Source: Octopus vulgaris | Lineage: Eukaryota | Length of the DNA stretch: 64,000 nt | Direction of reading: 5' to 3' | Assembly (NCBI GenBank): GCA_951406725.2 | Contig: OX597839.1 | Span: 4,402,001-4,466,000, forward strand | Part shown: positions 56,776 to 64,000 of the stretch, piece by piece | Numbering within the stretch: the stretch's first letter is position 1 | Layout: every line of letters starts with the position of its first letter | Made by a program: the position numbers and the translations under genes | Notes under the pieces: generated by a model | The model's input: the letters and a program-made list of their open reading frames with translations, nothing else | What the model was told of the DNA's origin: nothing | Database searches by the model: none

Positions 56776-58430
56776 AGGCGGCGAGCTGGCAGAAACGGTA
56801 GCACACCGGGTGAAATGCTTAGCGGCATTTCGTCTGCCGTTACGTTCTAAGTTCAAATTCCGCCGAGGTCGACTTTGCCTTTCATCCTTTCGGGGTCGAT
56901 AAATTAAGTACCAGTTACGCACTGGGGTCGGTGTAATCGACTTAATCCGTTTGTCTGTCCTTGTTTGTCCCCTCTATGTTTAGCCCCTTGTGGGCAATAA
57001 AGAAATAAGAAACGTTAGCACGACTGGCGAAATGCTTTGTGGTATTTCGTCTGCCGTTACGTTCTAAGTTCAAATTCCGCCGAGGTCGACTTTGCCTTTC
57101 ATCCTTTCGGGGTCGATTAAATAAGTACCAGTTATGCACTGGGGTCTATATAATCGACTTAATCCGTTTGTCTGTCCTTGTTTGTCCTCTCTGTGTTTAG
57201 CCCCTTGTGGGTAGTAAAGAAATAGGTATTTCGTCTGCCGTTACGTTCTGAGTTCAAATTCTTGCCTTTCATCCTTTCGGGGTCGGGGTCGGTGTAATCG
57301 ACTTAATCCGTCTGTCTGTCCTTGTTTGTTACCTCTATGTTTAGCCCCTTGTGAGCAATAAAGAAATAAGAAACGTTAGCAAGCCGGTAAAAATGCTTAG
57401 CGGCATTTCGTCCGGCTTTACTCTCTGAGTTCAAATTCCGCTGGGGTCAACTTTGCCTTTCATCCTTTCAGGGTAAAAAATTAAGTACCAGTGAAACACT
57501 AGGGTCGATGTAATTGACTAGTCTCCTCCCCCACAAATTTGACGCCTTGTGCCTCCAGTAGAAAGGTTATTAATGCAACGAGTTAGCTGAGTCATTTGCG
57601 CCTCAGACAAAATGCTTAGTTGCATTTCCTCTGGCTCTCTACATTCTGAGTTCAAATCCTGCCGTGGTTGACTTAGCGTTTTATTCTTTGATAGTTGTGA
57701 AAATAAATACTAGTTGAGCCTTAGGGTAGATGTAATCGACTTCGCCGTTCCTTCCAAATTGCTGACCCATCTGATAAAACTATTTCCGTTGATCTAAGAT
57801 GAAGATCTGGCAGAATCGGAAAAAATATCGAGCGATATTTCTTCCGGTTTTACGTTCAAAGTTCAAATTCCGCTGATGTTGACATCGCCCCACCCCGCAT
57901 CCTTTCGGGGTCAGAAAAATAAGTATCAGTTAAACACTGGGATCGATAAAACTGACTGTCCGCTCCTTTCAAAATTACTGGCCTTGTGCCAAAACTAGAA
58001 AAAAGTTTTTGTTTTAAAACTGTGAACTGGCAGAATCGTTAGCTGGACGAAATGCTTAGCTGCATTTCGTCTGCCGTTACGTTCTGAGTTCAAATTCCGC
58101 CGAGGTCGACTTTGCCTTTCATTCTTTCTGGGATCAATAAAATAAATGCCAGTCAAATACTGGGGTCGATGTAATAGAGTAGGGAATCCCCTAAAATAGC
58201 CGGCTTTTCGCTAAGATTCAATACTACTTAAGGTGGCGAGCGGCAAAATCGTTAGAATCCCGGACAAAATGCTCAGCGGCATATCTTCCGGCTCTTTATA
58301 CTCTGAGTTCAAATCTTGCCGAGGTTGACTTTGCATTTCCTTCTTTCGAGGTCGATAAAATAAGTATGAGCTGAGCATAAGACTCAATGTAATTATCTTG
58401 CCCCTCCCCACAAAATGTCAGTCTTGGTGT
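56776..58430 (+). mobile_element. Head-to-tail array of about 8 SINE family B units
   Basis: Units begin near 56776, 57009, 57225, 57370, 57578, 57800, 58022 and 58230, each with TTC(TG)AGTTCAAAT and a CCTTTCATCCTTTCGGGGTC-like core. Confidence 0.9.
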
Positions 58431-58485
58431 CTATGTCGTTGAGTTCTAAGTCAGCTCTGATCGAAGTGCTCTACAATTGAAAATT

Positions 58486-58648
58486 GGAGCGAAAGAGTAC
58501 AACAGGGGTCGCCACCACCCCCAGCCGGAGCCTCGTGGAGCTTTAGGTATTTTCGCTCAATAAACACACACAACGCTCGGTCTGGGAATCGAAACTGCGA
58601 TCCCCCGACCGCGAGTCCGCTGCCCTAACCACTGGACCATTGCGCCTC
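58486..58648 (-). mobile_element. SINE family C, 5' part
   Basis: Reverse complement of 44332-44495. Confidence 0.85.
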
Positions 58649-59579
58649 CTGTTGTTGCTGTTGTTGTTGCTGTTGCTGTTGCTGTTATCGATACTCATAT
58701 AAATAGTTACTTACACACACACACACACAGACACATACACACACACACATACACACACACACATGCATATGTATACGCATCTGCTTATATTTATATATAA
58801 ACATGTTCTTAAATATACATGTATAGAAACACACACACACACGTATACATATAAAAAATACACCAACATACTGACACACATGCACTTATATATATACATA
58901 CATCTACAACTACAAACACACACTACTCCATATATATAGATGCACGCGCACGTAAACGCATACACACATGCCTTCTCAAACTTATACACATATAAAAACA
59001 CATACACACATACCCATATTGTTTTTTTCTACAGATATATTACTAAACATGAGTCACAACCTCAATTAGCAAGAAACACTGAAAGAATTTAACACATTCT
59101 ACACACAAACATCAAAAACAAATTCACAGACATACAGACAGACATATATAAATACAAAACAAAATAATAATAATAATAAAATCAAGACATTTAATATCCC
59201 TTCAGGGCCCCTTCCTAAACACTCTAGAAAACCCCCCAAAAGACCAATAGCCCCTTCACTAACACAAACGCCTCGCCCCACTCCGATAACCATTTAGTTA
59301 TATACAAATTCGCATCATCACAACGTTTAGCAGCCCAAGCTGTCTTTTCACTTAGAACCAATATTAATGCTTATAATGATAAAAACGACGACGACGATGA
59401 CGACGATAGCCAACAATAGTAGAAAGAGCAGCAGCAGTAGCAGCAGTAGTAGCAGCAGCAACAACAACAATAAAATAATCAACAACCACAAAAAAATCAA
59501 CACCCCAAAAAAATAGCTGCAACAACAACAACAAAAACAACAAGAAACCCAATAACATAACAATAACAACAACAACATA

Positions 59580-59722
59580 GGCGGTGAGCTGCGAATAATC
59601 GTTAGCAAGCCGGACAAATTGCTTAGTGGCATTTCGTCCGTCTTTACGTTCTGAGTTCAAATTCTGCGGCGGTCGACTTTGCCTTTCGCCCTTACAGGGT
59701 CGCTGATACAAGATCCAGTTGA
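59580..59722 (+). mobile_element. SINE family B
   Basis: GGCGGTGAGCTG...GTTCTGAGTTCAAATTC, homologous to the array units. Confidence 0.8.
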
Positions 59723-59831
59723 GCATATGTGTGTGTATGTATGTATATATGTATGCATGTATGTATGTATGTATGTATGTATGTATGTATGTATGTATGT
59801 ATGTATGTATGTATGTATGTATGTATGTATG

Positions 59832-59880
<49 letters not shown>

Positions 59881-60389
59881 TATGCATACATATATATGCA
59901 TATCTATATTTATGAATATATATATATATACCTTTATATATTTGTTTAGCAAGATTCTTGATGTGAAATCGTGTGTTGAAACAGATGTTGCATTTAGGAA
60001 TGGTCATTGTGCCAGTTTAGCCAATAAAAACACACGAACTATATATTTGGTGTTAATTTGCTTCAGCGTTATTTATTTTTTACATTAATCTTAATCTTAT
60101 TTCGGCCAGAGTCCTTTCGTGACACCTCTGTGACTTCATCAGTGGTCCTTTGCTTTCTTTTTTCTTATTTGTGTGTCTCTCCTTACTAACGGTCAGCCAT
60201 TTTGTATTTTGTATTCCTATTGTATGTGTCTTCATTTGCGCATGCGTATACCTCTATGTGTGTCTATGTTTAGTTAGTGTGTGTGTGTCGGGGTGCCTGT
60301 AATATTTATAATATTTATAATATTAAGTGCCTGTAATAATAATAATAATAATTATTATTATTTCTATTTTAATTTAATTTTTTTAGTTG

Positions 60390-60680
60390 CGACCTGACGG
60401 GATGTATAGTGGGTAGCATGGATGCGGTATCCCTATACCCAACGATCGACGTGGATTTTGCGGTGGAGAAGTGCGTGGAGATGATCAACGAGAGCGAGGT
60501 GGAGTTCCGCAATGTCAACACAGAGGAACTGGGCCTCCTACTTAGACTGACATATGACAACGAATACCTAGATAAACATGATCTTAGTAGTTTCTACCCC
60601 AGTAGACGTTTAAGAGGTAGACCACCTACAATTACTTCAATGGCTAGGAAGACCCATATAAAGAGACGGAGGAAATTATT
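60390..60680 (+). pseudogene. Penelope-like retroelement reverse transcriptase fragment (possibly Naiad clade)
   Basis: IVGSMDAVSLYPTIDVDFAVEKCVEMINESEVEF...ELGLLL...RGRPPTITS contains the PLE/telomerase-type RT motif A (S.D..SLY..I). The Naiad assignment is from recall. Confidence 0.75.
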
Positions 60681-61240
60681 TTATAGAACAGGGTTAACAA
60701 TCGGGGTTGCTATGTACGCGAATAAAAATCCAAATTTAGGGAATGGCTCGGAAGTAGTAATTACCCAAACGAGGGGTAATCCGCTAGCTACTCATCCGAC
60801 CAAAGCTATGAGCTGGGATCCCATGATAACTCGAAGGAGATTTGATTAAAAAGCCTGATCAGTAGCATCGGAGTACTTTGAAATTAGTAATTACTCAAAC
60901 GAGGGGATCCCCATTCTAACTCGCATGTATACATATTTATATATACACATAGGTTTGCGCATACATATATTTATATACATGTCTATCTTGTGTGTATGTT
61001 GGTGTTTCTATTTGTAAGCGAGATCATGTTTGAGACTGTTTCTGGTTACTATATATTATTGTGATTATCCTATTTCGGAAATAAATATCTACACTCTTCA
61101 ACACTTCATTTATCACTGCGATGTTTACACAAACCGCCTTTACAAATAGCGTAGTTTACATTTGTACGTGATCGTCAGGAACAAACGGACACAAAATTAT
61201 GCATATGTCTATCTACCTACCCACCTACCTATCTACCTAC

Positions 61241-61323
<83 letters not shown>

Positions 61324-61442
61324 CATTCATATATATACACACACACACACACACATATATATATATTTATATGTACATATACATATACATATACGTACAT
61401 ATATATGTATATATAAATATACACACACATATTTTGTATGTG

Positions 61443-61488
<46 letters not shown>

Positions 61489-61651
61489 ATATATATGTAT
61501 ATATATATATATATGAGGATATATATGTATATATATACATATGTGTGTGTGTGTTTATTTGTATATATATACGAGCGAGTAGACAAACGAAAGAAGGGCC
61601 TGTATGCATGCATGTATGTATGTATGTATGTATGTATGTATGTATGTATAA

Positions 61652-61721
<70 letters not shown>

Positions 61722-62195
61722 ATAAGCATTTAAGCAAAAAGAGAGATATTAATAAGTAAAATGCTTAACAAGCTGCATTCAAGCATTTTGACTGTGTTCA
61801 TATCATCTCACTATCTTGTCTCTCTTCTTAAAAGAAGGACAAAACAACAAGAAATTAAAAAAAGAAAGGAAATTGCTTTCTGCAATAACGAATCATCCCA
61901 TTGATAACGTTTCTTTGCAACCAATACTTATCTGATAGAATCGCTCAAAGGTCGAGGAACTCATGCGAAATATAGGACGCAGATTTACGAATTCTCTTGA
62001 CAGTTTTCTACCTGTGTTACGTATATTTATTAGCCAAGCAATCAATTGCTGACCGTATGAAAGACGCCATTTTTTTAATGTGCGTATATATGTGAAACAG
62101 GAAGTCATAGGCGCGTGGTCAATGTGCAACAAGTATGCACGCAGCCATTAAGAATGTTTCTGCAACTTCGTCAGTTAAATGCATGCGAATGCAAC

Positions 62196-62280
<85 letters not shown>

Positions 62281-62346
62281 GCTTATCTGTGTGTCTATAT
62301 ATCTACATATTTTCATCTACATCTACCTATACACACATATTGTTAG

Positions 62347-62714
62347 ATATGTGCATCTCTGATCACAAGCAGAAGTAGTTGGGGAGCATCATAGCCATGT
62401 GTTGAGAGGGATTCTTTGGGGTTTGAATAATTCACCTCTGAAAGCTTGGGTGTTTCGTTCAACATCCTTAAACAACCCTTATTCAGGGACCTTTTGAGCG
62501 GGATGGTTTACTCGACCAGAAGAAAATTCTAACTGGGCCCCATCTGCAAAGTCATGTGCTGTTTATCTTGATATGAAATCACCATGTCGCGCGCATATGG
62601 TTGTGATGCATGTGCCTAGTGAACCCTTATCAGACGGGTAGTCCTGATGGGTATACTGGGCTTCGTATATTTTACCCCAGTGTCACTTTGATGGCATGCA
62701 CTGCTCTCTCACTC

Positions 62715-62716
<2 letters not shown>
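62347..62716 (+). mobile_element. Probable retroposon 3' end with an (AAT)n tail
   Basis: A complex-sequence block ending GCACTGCTCTCTCACTC runs directly into (AAT)n. There is no second copy in the window. Confidence 0.4.
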
Positions 62717-62773
<57 letters not shown>

Positions 62774-63030
62774 TAATAATAATAATAATACGTAAAACAC
62801 TTTCAATACAGTAACCATAAGAGCATCACAGCAAACCACAGCACATACCCAAGGCACACAGAGCTACGCTCGGTATTGCAGTGGAAGCAGGTTTTAAAAA
62901 TAATAATAATAATAATAATGATAATAATAATAATAATGATAATAATAATAATAATAATGATAATAATAATAATAATGATAATATAATAATAATAATGATA
63001 ATAATAATAATAATAATAATAATGATAATA

Positions 63031-63076
<46 letters not shown>

Positions 63077-63096
63077 TGATAATAATAATAATAATG

Positions 63097-63176
<80 letters not shown>

Positions 63177-63188
63177 AAGAACAACAAC

Positions 63189-63238
<50 letters not shown>

Positions 63239-63242
63239 CAAC

Positions 63243-63298
<56 letters not shown>

Positions 63299-63334
63299 GA
63301 ATTTTGGCCCCGAGCAAGCTATTTTGAGGGAGGA

Positions 63335-63460
63335 GGTGGTGTCGATTATATCGCTCGCAATACTTGACCTACGCGTGATTTGAACTCAAAGCTTAATGAG
63401 GCGTAAGAAATACCGCTTAGCAGTTTGATTGACGTTAACGATTCTGCTTGTTCGCCGCCT
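63335..63460 (-). mobile_element. Degenerate SINE family B
   Basis: The minus strand reads AGGCGGCGAACAAGCAGAATCGTTA...GAGTTCAAATC. Confidence 0.6.
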
Positions 63461-64000
63461 CAAGTTCTCATATTGTTGTACTTGTTCAATTTTCTGGTAG
63501 TTTCATCTCCACGTTCAGGGCCCGTTTTCTGTACATCACTCAGCAACAACATGGAGCAACGGAACACGTGAAAAGCAATTAATTAATAACATTTTTCAAC
63601 TAATTGTTTTCGTTTATGTTAGAAGGGTGACAAGGAAACGGAGAGAAGATTAAAATGATTGAGTCACCAATAGCTTTAGAAATAGAAACCGGTATGAATG
63701 TACTCGACTTCATTTTCTTGTTGAACTTAATTTAAATACAAATTTAAGATTTATGGTAATATTCCATCATTAGTCATATCTTCATTGAATCAGTCATGCT
63801 TAGTTAGTGCGTGCGCGCGTATATTTGAATCTGTGTGTGTCTGTGTGTGTGTGTGTGTGTGTGCAAGCGCGTGTGTGTACGTTCTACTGAGAAGAGCAAG
63901 ATACATAGAAGTGATCATTTTGCTGCTATTTCTGAACCTACGAAAGTGAGATCAGCACGTACCACAGATTATCGACTGAACCGAATTAAATAATTAAATA

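Noticed and set aside
56776-58430. Regularly spaced repeats suggestive of a CRISPR array
   Set aside because: The ~210-bp units are homologous along their length with no unique spacers, the context is eukaryotic and no cas genes are present.

Overview
AT-rich, microsatellite-dominated eukaryotic non-coding DNA. The repeat content (tRNA-derived SINEs, very long (TA)n/(CA)n/(TATC)n/(AAT)n tracts) points to a cephalopod such as Octopus; this is an inference. I recognise no intact protein-coding gene, and almost all listed ORFs are translations of simple repeats. The recognisable content is decayed mobile DNA: three SINE families, Tc1/mariner fragments, an R4/Dong-like LINE, RTE and CR1-like 3' ends, a non-autonomous Helitron, a MITE carrying telomeric repeats, and Penelope-like (PLE) protein fragments. 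The main hidden signal is about 17 type I hammerhead ribozyme motifs (stem I - CUGANGA - stem II - GAAA - short, often palindromic stem III - NUH - stem I') from about 10 unrelated sequence families. Each sits in a 0.2-1.6 kb cassette, usually inserted into a (TA)n or (ATT)n microsatellite and often folded back on itself as an inverted duplication. This looks like a dense, diverse population of microsatellite-targeting, ribozyme-bearing PLE/retrozyme-like elements. All folds were read by eye and none were computed.
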